Below are positions 51,780 to 64,000 of a stretch of 64,000 bases of DNA, in pieces. The first letter of the stretch is position 1; every line of letters begins with the position of its first letter. Origin of the DNA: Tubulanus polymorphus (lineage: Eukaryota; Animalia; Nemertea); assembly GCF_964204645.1 (NCBI RefSeq), contig NC_134032.1, forward strand, positions 11,086,275 through 11,150,274, written 5' to 3'. The position numbers and the translations under genes were made by a program. Under the pieces are notes generated by a model. That model worked only from the letters and a program-made list of their open reading frames with translations, did no database searches and had not been told where the DNA came from.

Positions 51780-52058
51780 CCCTTTCAGTGCTGACTAAGT
51801 AACACCCAAAGTGCTGGAGATAATTTGAAATTTTCTAGAAATTCCGCCCCAATGTGTTGAATAATGGGTATACTGCTATAATGCGTCTACACTGCTGAGC
51901 GGTGTATCGTTAGTTACTAATATTTCACTATGTTTGAGAGGTGCTGCCATCTTTCATTAGAAATTAAACTAATTACGTCAATACACCGCGTTGCGGTGTA
52001 CTAGCAATGTCCATCACCAATTTATACACCGCACTGCGGTGTAGACGCACTGAAAGGG
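51780..52058. mobile_element. piggyBac-type MITE
   Basis: ttaa|ccctttcagtgc ... gcactgaaaggg|ttaa; related inverted copy at 58941-59226. Confidence 0.85.
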
Positions 52059-53479
52059 TTAAGCCAAACCATGACACCAAAATCAACACGATTGGTTCAA
52101 CAGCCAATGTTTGTGCCTTGTTGACACACCCGTACTCTATTCATTTTCAATGAAAACTGCTTCTCCAGACCATTTGCATAGGCAAACCTACAGTTCACCA
52201 AAAATCAACTTACATTTCAAGTTTGCTGGGTTCAGTATCGGTTAAAATGTTCTAAGTTCGTATCAAATATCAAATTACCTTTTATGATGGCTGGGTTCAT
52301 TATCGGAGGATCTCCTAAGTTGGTTGGTTGAGTTTCATCCAAATTGGCCCCTTCTGTGCACTGTTCTCTAATCGGCAGATCTTAGTTGATGAGCTCTCGT
52401 TCGACTTTTTGAGTTGGTGTCCCTTACGATCGTGACACACCTGCCAGGAGCGAAACAGGCGGGAATCGAAGTACAGATATAGTTGTGTGATCGTCGGTCG
52501 ATTTTACATAATTTTTTTTCGATAATTTTACAATATTTGGTCTTTTTTTTCATGTAGTCCGAAAGTTTACAAGGTTGAAGATAATTTTGTCTAATTTTTT
52601 TTTGGAAATCGGAGTACAGATATAGTTGTGTGATCGTCGGTCGATTTTACATCATTTTTTTCGGAATCGAAGTACTTCTTTGTCTTCTTGGGTTTCGTCG
52701 AAGCTGAAATTGAGAAAAAGAAAAACATTTTGTAGTCACACATTTCTTCATCATTAATCCTAATTTACGTGGGTATCAACTTAACTTTCAAGATTGCCGA
52801 GTTCAGTATTTTTTTCGGCATCATCTGTAGTCGCCTTCTAGCATCTTCTTCTTCAACTTCTTGGGAGTCCTGAAATGAAAAAAAGAGAAGAGCGATGAAA
52901 ACCTGGTACGGAACAAAACTAATGTTCGAAAGCTTTTCAGCTCTCCGTCGCCGGTCACATGCCGAGAACACCAGACAATGAGCCAGCCAGGAATATACTG
53001 CCCTCTACACGCCCTCACACAGAACGCGAAAACCAGAATGACAACGCCTCACATTCCCCATCTAACTGCAGGATGTACTGGGCGACGTCAGTAACTGACA
53101 CACCTGTAAAATTGCACGAAACACAAATAGCGCAGTACAACCAGCTTGACCGGGCGAGATTCAGGATCTCAACTAGCACTCAAAAGCGTGACAAGAGACT
53201 TCATCCACTGACCGAGGTTGTCACAAGGACACAATGAAACTAGCACTCACAAGCTGACAAGAGACTTCATCCACTGACCGGGGTTGTCACAAGGACACAA
53301 TGAAAACTAGCAATCAAACTAGAAATCAAAGAGCGTGACAGTAGAATCATCCCTCAGCCGACTCAGAATACCAGAAACAAAGAGCGTGACAGTAGAATCA
53401 TCCCTCATCCGGGCGGTCATAAGGACACAATGAATGCTAGTAGCGTGACAATCCAGTATAACCGCTCCATTTGTATCCC

Positions 53480-53700
53480 GCGCAATCCCACAGATATGCC
53501 CGTCATTGACATCACTCAGCACACTTTGTAGATAGGTGGGGGCAGTAAGGCCTCGTCATCCTGGTTTTCGTGTTCCGTATGAGGGTGTGTAGAGGGCAGA
53601 ATTTCCTGACCGCCTCTTTGTCTGACATCCTCGACACATGACCGGCGAAGGAGAGCTGACGCTTTCGGACATTAGTTTTGTTCCAGCAAACGTTGAAATT
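53480..53700 (-). mobile_element. RTE-type LINE C-terminal remnant
   Basis: VRKRQLSFAGHVSRM..YGTRKPG motif. Confidence 0.6.
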
Positions 53701-56086
53701 TGACAGAGAAATCGGCCCTGAAAAATAAAATGGGTTAAATGCTGAAAAATAGAACGGATTAATAAACACGGAACAGTACAGGACAGCACGGAGATGAACA
53801 GTAACACATAAAACATAAAGACGTCGTTCCGCAGGAACTAGGAGCGGGAGCGCAGCGAAAATCGCCAGGAGAATCCACAGTAGCATGTTCACAGTGTGAG
53901 TGTGCAGAGGTGAATGGCCTATGCTTGTGTACACGTGGTCAGCCGGTGACATATTCAATAGCGTGTATGAATGATATCAACAACTCTGAAAAGCCGCAAT
54001 TGTGTCTCTATTGTTAAATGGATTTACATTGAGAGCTTATAGAAGTTGAATGAAAAGGTTCTACTGCCGGGTTGAATACACGCCAGTAGCCAGCTGAACA
54101 ATATCGTGGAATTTTAATAAGGCCATAAAAATAAATTTCTTTGATTCCCAACAGCTCCCCTCCTAATTTAGCCGCTGCCTGTTTATTTTTCTTAAATTTT
54201 AGAATAATTTATTGAAATCAAAGAATAAAAACATTAACATTTATTGATGAAAACCTCTAGCTTTATTTCTCATAAATGCATAGATACCCCGAAGTGGTGA
54301 CATAAATAATTCCAACTTCAAGGCTAAACAAAAATGATACTTTGTTTCTTCAGTTCATTTCTATAGCTGCCAGGTCTGTTATGGTAAAATAGATCACGAT
54401 TCTTAAAAACAGTAATGTACAAGGTAGACAGGCGGCTGGGTCAACTTTTAAGCTCAGCAGAGCGGAGAAACAAGGTATCAATTTTTTGCCTACGATTTGT
54501 TTTGTTGAAGTGAATGAATTGTTTAACAAATTTCATACACAGTGTACGATCACATGATGTAAGTGGAATGTATTTTATAATTAATCATCATTTCATTCTG
54601 TTATCACAGAGATCCCGTACCTGTAGGGCCATATTCAGGGGGAGAGGGTGCGAACGCTCCTACCCCCAAAAGTTCGAGTTCCGCTTCATATTTTCCATGC
54701 GTTATGTGTTGTTTATATGTCTTACAATTTATGTGGTTGGTATCCTGTCGTTTTGTCAACAATTTTAAATGTTAAATGTTATTCCAATCTGTATAGGCCT
54801 CATCAGTAGTATGCACATGGGTCAAAGATCATGATTGCACGGTGGCATGATGGACCCATTGCATAGAATGATTCTATGCAATGTTTCATCATGGGATTCC
54901 TCAAATACAAATGATTTGAAAAAATAAACGTTTTATTAGTTGCGGATTTTCCACATGAGTCGATCTTAGGTTTTTTAATTGCATAGATAAGTTTTCTAAG
55001 TTTTCTGTGGGTTGGAAGCATTAATGATTACATTGCTATGAGGTGATGATCATCAAATCAAATTTTTAGATTATGAAAAATTATTTAGATTCTGCCATAC
55101 ATGGAAAATTTCAGAAAAGAAATAGCCAGAAAGCCCTCAGAATACACCTTAGAGTGCCTTAAATAAATGAAAAAAATTTTACCTACCCATAGACAGGGCT
55201 GCATACGGCCCAGCCGTCAGATTTTCATAAAAACTCCCTGATTCAATTGAGGGGAGAAATATTAGAATTTTTTGAATCACTTGGAGCACGGATCCTCTGA
55301 AATTCTGCCAAAAACTTCATGCCTACCACTCATGATTTGAAAAAAAAAATTTTTTCTTTAATTTTGATTCTAGATTAAACGGTCAAGTCCATATTTAGAA
55401 TTTCGTTTCTTGTTCTTCTCTGTTTTAGGTTGGCGAGTGTTAAATAGAATTAGGGATTGATTGTAATCAAGGTGAAGGTCAGGATACTCCGATCTGCTAC
55501 GCCTGTCGACATCAGAACGAGGCTATGGTACAGTGTCTGCTTCAACAGGTATATATTGATATATGGAGTATCAGTGACTCCAGTGAAAGAGCCAGCCAGT
55601 CCAGTTTATATCTACTGAAATCCATAAATCACATCTGGCTGAGCTCATTTTCATCTTAAGATCAGTTTTAGTTAAGAACATGCTATGAGTGTCCCTATCA
55701 GACCAATCGAAGAAGCATCTTGTATCTAGATCTTGACTGGAATTAACCCTACACTGATTAATAGCTAGAAATTATCAAATTTAAAGGTTAACTTTCTTTG
55801 AGGTCCAACTGTGAAGTGGTTGTATATATTTTCAGGGTATCAATGATGTACAAACTCCGTTGAAATTAAGTTTAGATTTAGAAGCTCATAATATTACAGG
55901 CAGGCATGCTGCTTCATCATATGGGATTTGATAAAGGTTAGTACTGAACAAATCTTCTAGTTTCACGGTTGTGAGTTAGTTTCAAACTTGATTCGAAACT
56001 ATGAAACCGTATCTTTGAATATTGTGTTCAAGATAAGAATGTTTTGTAGGTGAAGATGTGTTGTTTATTTTGTAGCTGGAATTGTA

Positions 56087-56563
56087 TTTCCTGATATAAA
56101 GATGCACGCAGGGGACCCGGGAAAACGTGTTTTGGAAGTTTGACTCGCAATTACTTAAAAAATAATTGAAATAATTGAAAACGGTAAAAAGAATATAAGA
56201 CCACATAAAGGTGTCTATAGATCCTGAAAACTAAAAAAATGTAGATTAAAATTTGTAAGATTACGAACTTTTGAATGAGATGAGCAATAATTCGAGTTGA
56301 ATTATCGGGAAGACTATATCAAGGTTTATAGCTTCACCAGCGCCCATTGTTGCATTAAATTTATGATTGAGTAATACAATAAAAAAACTAATTATCAGCC
56401 GAGTCCATCGATGTTTTCACTTTGTGTCTATCTTTATCCAATCCAGAGATATGAACGAAATAAAAAATATTAAACGGGGGAAAAAATAGGGACAAAAAAT
56501 TCAACAATGCGGACCCGGCGGGTACCCATAAAAATGGCGCCTGGAAACTGTAAAAAGGCTTAT
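56087..56563 (+). mobile_element. Dispersed repeat family A copy
   Basis: Matches 7735-8043 and 17633-18104. Confidence 0.8.
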
Positions 56564-58371
56564 TAGTTCACCCAATCACCGCTAATGATATGTACAGGGG
56601 CAGCACGTAAGGTTTGTAATATTTCCAAGATCGATTTTGCATACTGTGGCATGCGAGTAATGAAGATTTCACCAAGTCCCGGGTTCGAGTCTGAAGAAGA
56701 CAATATACATATGGTCATCTCATAAGAGTGAAAAAAGCACTGGGTCACCCCAGGGATGGATTTAGGGGTGGTTTGGGGTCCAGACCCTGAGTTCCCAATC
56801 TCAATAAAGGTGCCCTTATCGAGGAAGGCCAGCCCAGGGTTAGCTAAAACCTGCAAATTTGACACTTATCCTTTCGGAATTTGCATTTTTAGGATGTATT
56901 TCTATAAAACTAATAAACAATATATTAACACCAAGGGTGAGTCCCTCCTGGTGGCAGCTTTATCCGAGAAGTGCCTTTTTTCTTCTGGACCCCATGCCTT
57001 ACCCCCTCAGTCACAATAGGACAACTTGGGTTGGGAAGACTTTGGGTTCAAATCTGAGCTTAGACTCGCTACAAACAACTGTCAGAGTTAGACAGAAACA
57101 AGATGAAAACAACGATTTATTTTCTATTTACATTATGGTCAAATATTGATTTATTTTACGATGTTTTTTTTCCTGGCCAGGCACTTGTTTACACAAAAAT
57201 AAAACACGTATGAAAAAAAAAAACACAAATTCCACAAGATTGAGACAACAACGTTCATACAAAAAATCATCATCATTATCAGAACACAAAAATCATTGAA
57301 GTCGTTGAGAGGGAAGACTCTTCCTGAAAACATGGCTGCCACCATGATCCCCCTACGACATGATCATATCGAAACACTCCTTAAATCTCTTCCAGTCGAC
57401 TTTTGTCCCGTAGACTTTAACTTAAGTAGTTAAACCTCTGAAGTTGGGACTTGATTCAGATTTTCCCTCTAAACTTGGACCTATTATAACTATTTTCCTA
57501 TTTTAGAGCCAAACAATGTTTTTGATTGGAGACGGCCATCTTTTAGGAAACGTTTTCAGTGACCTGAATAAATTGTGAACAGAAAAATATTTGACAACCC
57601 AATTTCACAACTATTGGATTCTTGGAGTTTAGTGCCGCGGTCAAACCAGGTTAATTTTTTGTTTATTTAAAGCCCGATTCATTTATTCAATAAAACATTT
57701 AATACAAGTTGATCATCATTAATTACTATTTCATTACAAAATGAAGATTTCCGTTTGCGGAATTTTACACATATACGTTTTTTTTTCCCTTTTACTTTAC
57801 ATCCGCAAGAATTCCTCTCCAATCGAGAAACTTTTCACCGATGGTCTTTTAAAAGTCGCTCCCAGAAATCTGAGATCAAGTTTCAGCGATAGTCACACAG
57901 CAGACGCAGATTGCCTCTCTGCAGACGCAAAGTGCCACTTCACAGCAGATGCAGACTGCCACTCTGCAGACGCATAACTGCCACATGGCAGGCGCAGACT
58001 GCCAACCCGCAGACAGACCCAACTAGACATTACAGACACTGATTTATTAAGCATGATTCAATACCGGTATTTCACAAATTCTTATCGCGCGCGTGACTAA
58101 ACATTTATGTGTCATGAAAAAGACATTCATCGATTCATTATTCTAATAGTGTTACACGAACCGACTGTCCACGAGTTAAATACGGACAATGACAAAGCCG
58201 ATGCCTTCGCGACATTATCGCGAAAAGCCTAGGAAAATATTTTTCTTCCGTAAATTCTTTTCCAGATGTCGTCGATGAGTATTAAATCAGCTCACGTCGC
58301 TGTCGAGTACAACATAATCCGAATTAATCCCTTATAGTTAATCCGCGCACGGATAATCCTGTCGCTCGGTT

Positions 58372-61300
58372 CTAAACGAAGCCGAACGCCTTCGTTTTGA
58401 TGGCGAGCAGTAGTTTAGTTCGTAGGATGTTCTTGCTCGAATACAACGGAATATAGAGTCTAGAAATGCACGTGTTCGCCGTCGGCAGGTGATTGTCGTC
58501 GGCCGGTCGCACGGTGATCGTCGGCATCGGTTGAAACCCTTCCTCGCTCGCCGGCAACGCCGGACTCGACGTCCAGAAGTATACCTGAAATTATTCAACG
58601 TCGAAATTAGCATCGATTGATCGGAGTCAAATTGAACCGAATGAAAAATGGCCACGATTTTTTTCCTACCAGATCTTGTCTTTCTTGATTCGTCATTTTC
58701 TCCACTATCGACCAAAACCAATATTTAAATCGTTGCACTTTGAAACTGGCCTCGCCTACGAAACAAAACCCACAAATTAACGAATGTTTCACCTTCCCAT
58801 CTCCCTAGTAAAGCACGAATTAGATTGATGTACTCTTGTAGATTTATTCACATCTTACAAAACACAATTTTCGACACCTTACTTTAAATTTTTCTCACAT
58901 TTTTATCGTTTTTGACGGATATTTTGCAATTTATTAAAAACCCTTTCAGTGCATCTACACCGCAGGGTGGTGTAAAAAATTGGTGTATAGAATAGACTTT
59001 GCTAGTCCACCGCATCATGGTGTATTGACGTTAATTATAAGTTTTTATCTCTATTGAAAGATGGCAGCACCTGTCAAACATAGTGAAATATAATTAACCA
59101 TACACCGCACCAAGGTGTAGATACATTATTGCAGTGTACCCATTACACAACACACTGGGGCGGAATTTTAAAAGATTTTCAAATTATCTCCAGCACTTTC
59201 GGGCACTTTAGCCAGCACTGAAGCGGAAATCCGTTTTTCACATAAGAATCTGACTTATGACAAAACGCTGTTGAACTCTGCTGTTGAATTTAGTTCACTT
59301 ACCGCTCTCGTCATTAAACGAAGTATAACTGATCAACATTTGAACGTCGATGTCTCCGACGCCGTTCAAGAGCAGACGGAAATCCTCGGCGACCAGACAA
59401 TCGAACGCGTTTCTAGGCAACACGTCGAACACGCCCATTTTCAGATTGTCCAGCGCTTTCTCGGCGTTTTTCACCATGCGGAACTCCGAGTACAGACGCA
59501 CGTAGTCATGCACGTTCTGCGCGGTAACTTCGATGTCGGCGCCACCTGGTAGCAGTTCGATCTGTTCTCCGCCCTAGAAAGCACAGCAGAAAATATGTAG
59601 TAGACCATCACTGAGAATCACTGATGGAGGAAACATAAAAACTTATCCGCGATTATAAGCAAGTTCTAGAGTATTTAAACAAGGTGGCCAATTTCCGCCA
59701 ATGTACAAATCCCCTGATTTTCCCATGTTATGACACAAAATTTCCCCAGTAAATCAAGTGAAATTTCTAAGTTTAAAATAAAATATTACAATTCATTCAT
59801 TTTTCATTGATTCACTTGCCCAATAACGTATGCAAATTCCCTGTGTTTTTTAGGGCCTAACCCAATTCATTTTCAATTGAGTTAACCCCCGGGTTAAAGC
59901 TAATACCAGACTATAAAACTGGCCCCAGGGTTGGTTTTTTGTGCGCAAAATCTCCTTAATTTTGTTCTAGATTTTCCCGATCCCCCCATATTCGTGGCGC
60001 CACCCTGTTCAAACCTGATAGCGACGCACGTACCTCTTCGGGGCCGAGTTCAATACTGAATGTTAAATCCAACGCCGTGAACATCAACGCGGCGTCCTTG
60101 TTGTCCGAGTCGACGATCAACGTTCGCAAACTCTCGTACATCACCGGGTCGAAGAACGCCAGGTCGTGCCAGTGGATCTTGCGCCCGATTATGAATTTGA
60201 TCACATGGCGATTCAGAAACAGCGGACACATTTCGTTCTGCAGTAAACACAGTCCTATCACTCTGAAATATACAGAGGGAAAAAACGTTTGCGAGTTACT
60301 GAATAACGTTTACGCCTTTTACTTTAACTTATAACAGGGTTCCTGCTGATGTTCTTATCCTAAATTCCCTGATCCAGATCTCAAATTCCCTGATCCAAAA
60401 TTCAGATTACGACAAAAAAAGAATCATCGGTCAACCTTCTTAATATGTTCCCTACCAGCTATGAATATACTGCTATGAATATACTCATACTTCCCTTGCC
60501 GTTGCAACTATGAATATTTGTAGCTGCTCACTGTTTGGTATTTGCATTCCGGTGCATAAGTATGGCACAGCATTACATACTTAATAATTGTGCATGATAT
60601 ATTTGTTATTCACTTATTCAACGCTGTAGCCCCCTGGCCTCACGACGCGAGACTTCATAACTAGCGCTTTGTAATTTCAATCGCTCACCTGCCCATGTTT
60701 CTAAATGCGTTCAATCTCTCGAGGCTGTTTTTACCGGGTCTCGGTGAGTAGTAGCCGCGTTTGCCCGGCTGCCAGAACAGCGGACTGCTGTCGTCGAGTT
60801 CGTCGTCGTCGTCGGCCTCGCTGCGCGTCGATCCGGCCTTCTTCGTTTTGCTCGGCGACAAATTGAATATATCGAGATCGAGCAACGCTTCGGCGCTTAA
60901 TTCCCTGTAAATACGTATCAAATCTTACTTAGAGACTCTAGATTCTAGATAAGGGATCATTCATTTATTACGTACGCATAAAATCTGAATTTTTCAACCC
61001 CCCTCCCCCTCTGTAGGCAAAATCATTAAGCATTACAGTACGCAATTGCACTGACCCCTCCCCTAATGCGTACGTAATAAATGAATGACCCCTAATTCAC
61101 TGTAAAGTTTTCTGGACCTCTTCTCTGGAATACTATCCCTAAACCGATTCGTAATTCAACTAGTTTATCAGTATTTCAACGTAAATATTTAAAATTCCTT
61201 AAATTATCGTGATTATCTTTTTTGAAATTTCATGTTGTATTTCTATGTTTGAATGCATTCGCCGATGCAGCATGCGTGTGTGTTTACGTGTGGTGCTTGT

Positions 61301-64000
61301 AGTGTGCATGTGTAAGAGTGAATTTGTATGAATGTCAATTTTTTTCTATTGGGGTGGCACGGCTCCGATAGATCCTTGTGATCTCTGTGTGTAGCCCACA
61401 TTTTCTTGTTATTTTTTCACTGTATATTATATAATATCAATCATGTAATAATGTAACAACCGAATGATAAATAAATACTACTATAGAGAATGAGCAGATG
61501 GGGTAGAGTGGAGAATGGAGAAATGAGAGGGAGGTGGGATAGGGATAGGGAGGGAGAGGGTGAGAGTAAATGGCTGAATGGAAAAGAAAGGCGAAAGATT
61601 GGCAAGAGGGACTTTTCTTTTTCTTCCACACTAGAAATTCTTCTGATAGCTTCACTAGGGCTACCAACCTCTAAAATTTTTTTCAGTACATTTCATCGAA
61701 ATATGAAAGAAAATGTTCAAATCAAACCGTAATCTACGTTAAGACCCTCAGTAACATGTTACATATTTCTACGCATCAAACAAATCGAGGAATACTGAAA
61801 ATCAGGAATAGTTGGCAGCTCTGCCTTAAGCGAGATCGACATCGTTGCTTGCGTACCTTCCATGTGAAGTGATGATATCGACCGCCTCGTCGACTCTGTG
61901 TTTCAGAGAATCCTCCGAGGCTAACAGTAACAACAGCTGAGCTGGAGGTAATTCTAACAACATTCCCGTGATCTTAGCCGCCATCGACTTCGAAAAAAAA
62001 AAATACAAACGTTCAAATTTCAGCATATAATATAATACTTCTTGAATTCCCGCGTGACAAACACTACATAGTGAAATTCCTGAGTCTTTTAAATAATTGA
62101 TTAATTTGAAATCACTCAATTGCATTTTTGAACGAACATCATAAATCTTAACCGGAGGGTTGACACGAGCGAAAGTTAATTGAGTTAACCCCCCGGCTAT
62201 TAAACCAACCACAGGGTTAAAGTTTAAATAATAACCTAAATGATCTATAAAACCAGCTTCAGACGATTCATCCCGAGACTTGCCCCGAACTGTCTCAGAC
62301 ACGACACTTACCGGTTGCAACGTTTGAACTTTCGGGTACAAACGTTTTCCGAGTTGTTGCCGATGCGCCGACAAATGTTCTGTGGTGGAATTCGCGGCGC
62401 TGCTGGCGGCGTCGGTCGTGCCCTCCGCTCCTTCCAACGGCATATAGAACGGCGGCGCGTCGTACGACAACGCGCGTCGCGTTTCGCGGCATCGGTCGCG
62501 ACTTCGTTGGCGTTGTAAGCTGCGCTGGCGTTCGCGCTCGCGTTCACGAGATCGCAAACGCTGAATCAAATCTGTCAAAGAAAATAAACAAACCTTTTTT
62601 CAGAACCCTTACATCCACGCGAATCGTCGCGTTTAAATTTCGCAAAAGTTTCGGGATAAACTTGATAATAACCAAAAGCAAATTCGACTAAGACACCAAA
62701 ATTTCGCATTCCCCAATTTTCAAGAAGAGAGTCAGCATTCCCCGAAAGGAAGAACATATCTGCAAGATGGTGGCCACTTTACGCCAATTTACAAATCCCT
62801 CGAGTTTTCCTTGATTCTCATGAAGGCAGGGTCCAGTTCCACAGTCGTGAGTCACAGTTAAAATTAGCTCATTTATGACGAGTTAACTCTGAGTTCTGAG
62901 TCAAATCTTAACTCACAACTGTGTAGGACTGAATCCAGAATTCCCTGCAGGTAAAAATAAATCAGTAATTCCGGTGAAGCCACTTACTGTATTGAAGCGA
63001 CTTGCTACCGATCAGAACGCCATCCAAACTCGGCAGTTTCTCCGTGGAGAGGATCGCGTTCGCGAGCGCCGTGTAGAAACTGCGCGCGACGCCACTGCCC
63101 TCGCCCGGCTCGTCTTTGAACGTCACTTTCACGCGGTGTACGGCCAGCGGCGGACCGTTCAGGTTCGTGCGTCGGTTGAAGTGGCTGTTCAACTGTTTGA
63201 ACGACTGTTGAATCAACGCTTTGCGATCCCTTTCGACCTAAAATGAAAACATTTGAAAACTATTCAACCAGCCACTTCGAGTGGCTACTAAACCCCCATT
63301 TATGAATTCGCAGAGGTTACCACATTGAAAATTCTAGGTTCAAAATGTTACAACCAATTTATTTTTCTTGCATCATTGCATTGATAAAGAAATGCGTACA
63401 ATTAATAGCATATCTAAATTCCCTGAGTTTACCCGATTTTCTAGGTTATCGGCCATTCTTGTTTTTGATGAAAAATTCTACATTCGATCAAACCCTTGGC
63501 AGGAGGCGAATCTAGTAAATTAAGCAGGGGTCCAGAAGAAAAGTGAAGGCATTTTTCAGAAAAAGCAGCCATGTCATAGGCCACTAGCGGGGTTCCACCC
63601 TCGGTATGAGATATATTTTCAAAGAAATACTTCTGAAAAATGCTATTTTCGCAAAGGATGTAAAATTTGCAGGTTCTAGGGACATTTGTCTCAGGGATGA
63701 AAACGGGCAAATCCAACCGATCTCAGAAAAACTTTAATACCCAGCCTCATAATCATCAACCGCCCCCCCCCCCCAAATTTTTTAATGCATGTACACTGTT
63801 CTCAAGATGATGGAAATGATAGAAATAGGTCAGAAAAGATTTTCATCCCTATTGTCTTGATGAGGCAACCTCAAAGGGAAGGCAGGGGTACAGACCACCG
63901 CTTAAATCCGCCGCACTCGGTTAATTTGTCCACCTACCTCTAGCGTCAAATCTCGTTGTTGCGAGTTGCGTAGTTTTTCCATTTCTTTGCGGAAACGACT
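58372..64000 (-). CDS. UBR5: E3 ubiquitin ligase UBR5 (EDD/hyd), last 9 coding exons (MLLE and HECT); continues beyond the window
   Basis: Exons 64000-63938, 63237-62988, 62571-62312, 61987-61857, 60904-60689, 60262-60034, 59573-59303, 58755-58670 and 58584-58372 splice in frame. [27 protein letters not shown] (MLLE), [13 protein letters not shown], terminal FGFV*. Confidence 0.97.
58941..59226. mobile_element. piggyBac-type MITE in a UBR5 intron
   Basis: Inverted relative of 51780-52058. Confidence 0.7.
60953..61092. mobile_element. Tourist/Harbinger MITE with TAA TSD in a UBR5 intron
   Basis: taa|gggatcattcatttattacgtacgca ... tgcgtacgtaataaatgaatgacccc|taa. Confidence 0.85.

Noticed and set aside
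59271-63246. Plus-strand and alternate-frame ORFs over UBR5 (likewise those antisense to the MATEs)
   Set aside because: Shadow ORFs of real coding exons.

Overview
AT-rich, intron-containing animal (invertebrate, probably marine) genomic DNA; the species cannot be fixed from sequence alone. The right end (58.4-64 kb) holds the last nine coding exons of the conserved HECT ligase UBR5 (- strand). The remainder is a transposon-dense accessory region: an apparently intact spliced Harbinger transposase, an RTE-X-like LINE, Penelope remnants with hammerhead cores, a decayed SWIM-YqaJ gene, a decayed Gypsy element, a nearly intact hAT with a 6-bp TSD, and many MITEs and foldbacks. Embedded in it are: (1) three tandem intronless MATE/SLC47-type transporters that differ in membrane acidic residues and C-terminal sorting signals; (2) a spliced gene missed by the ORF track, encoding a 63-aa prepropeptide with a 33-aa six-Cys mature peptide resembling APETx/BDS beta-defensin-fold toxins but with a compacted Cys frame, plus a frameshifted paralogue 4.4 kb upstream; (3) between those two copies, a TIR element with a telomere-like core flanked by heat-shock-element-like arrays; (4) a decayed LRRK2 ARM/ANK fragment whose intron hosts an intact antisense 4-exon gene for a 237-aa secreted protein with a CUB-like domain. 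Gene models, family assignments and alignments were made by eye and from memory of the families; no searches were run.
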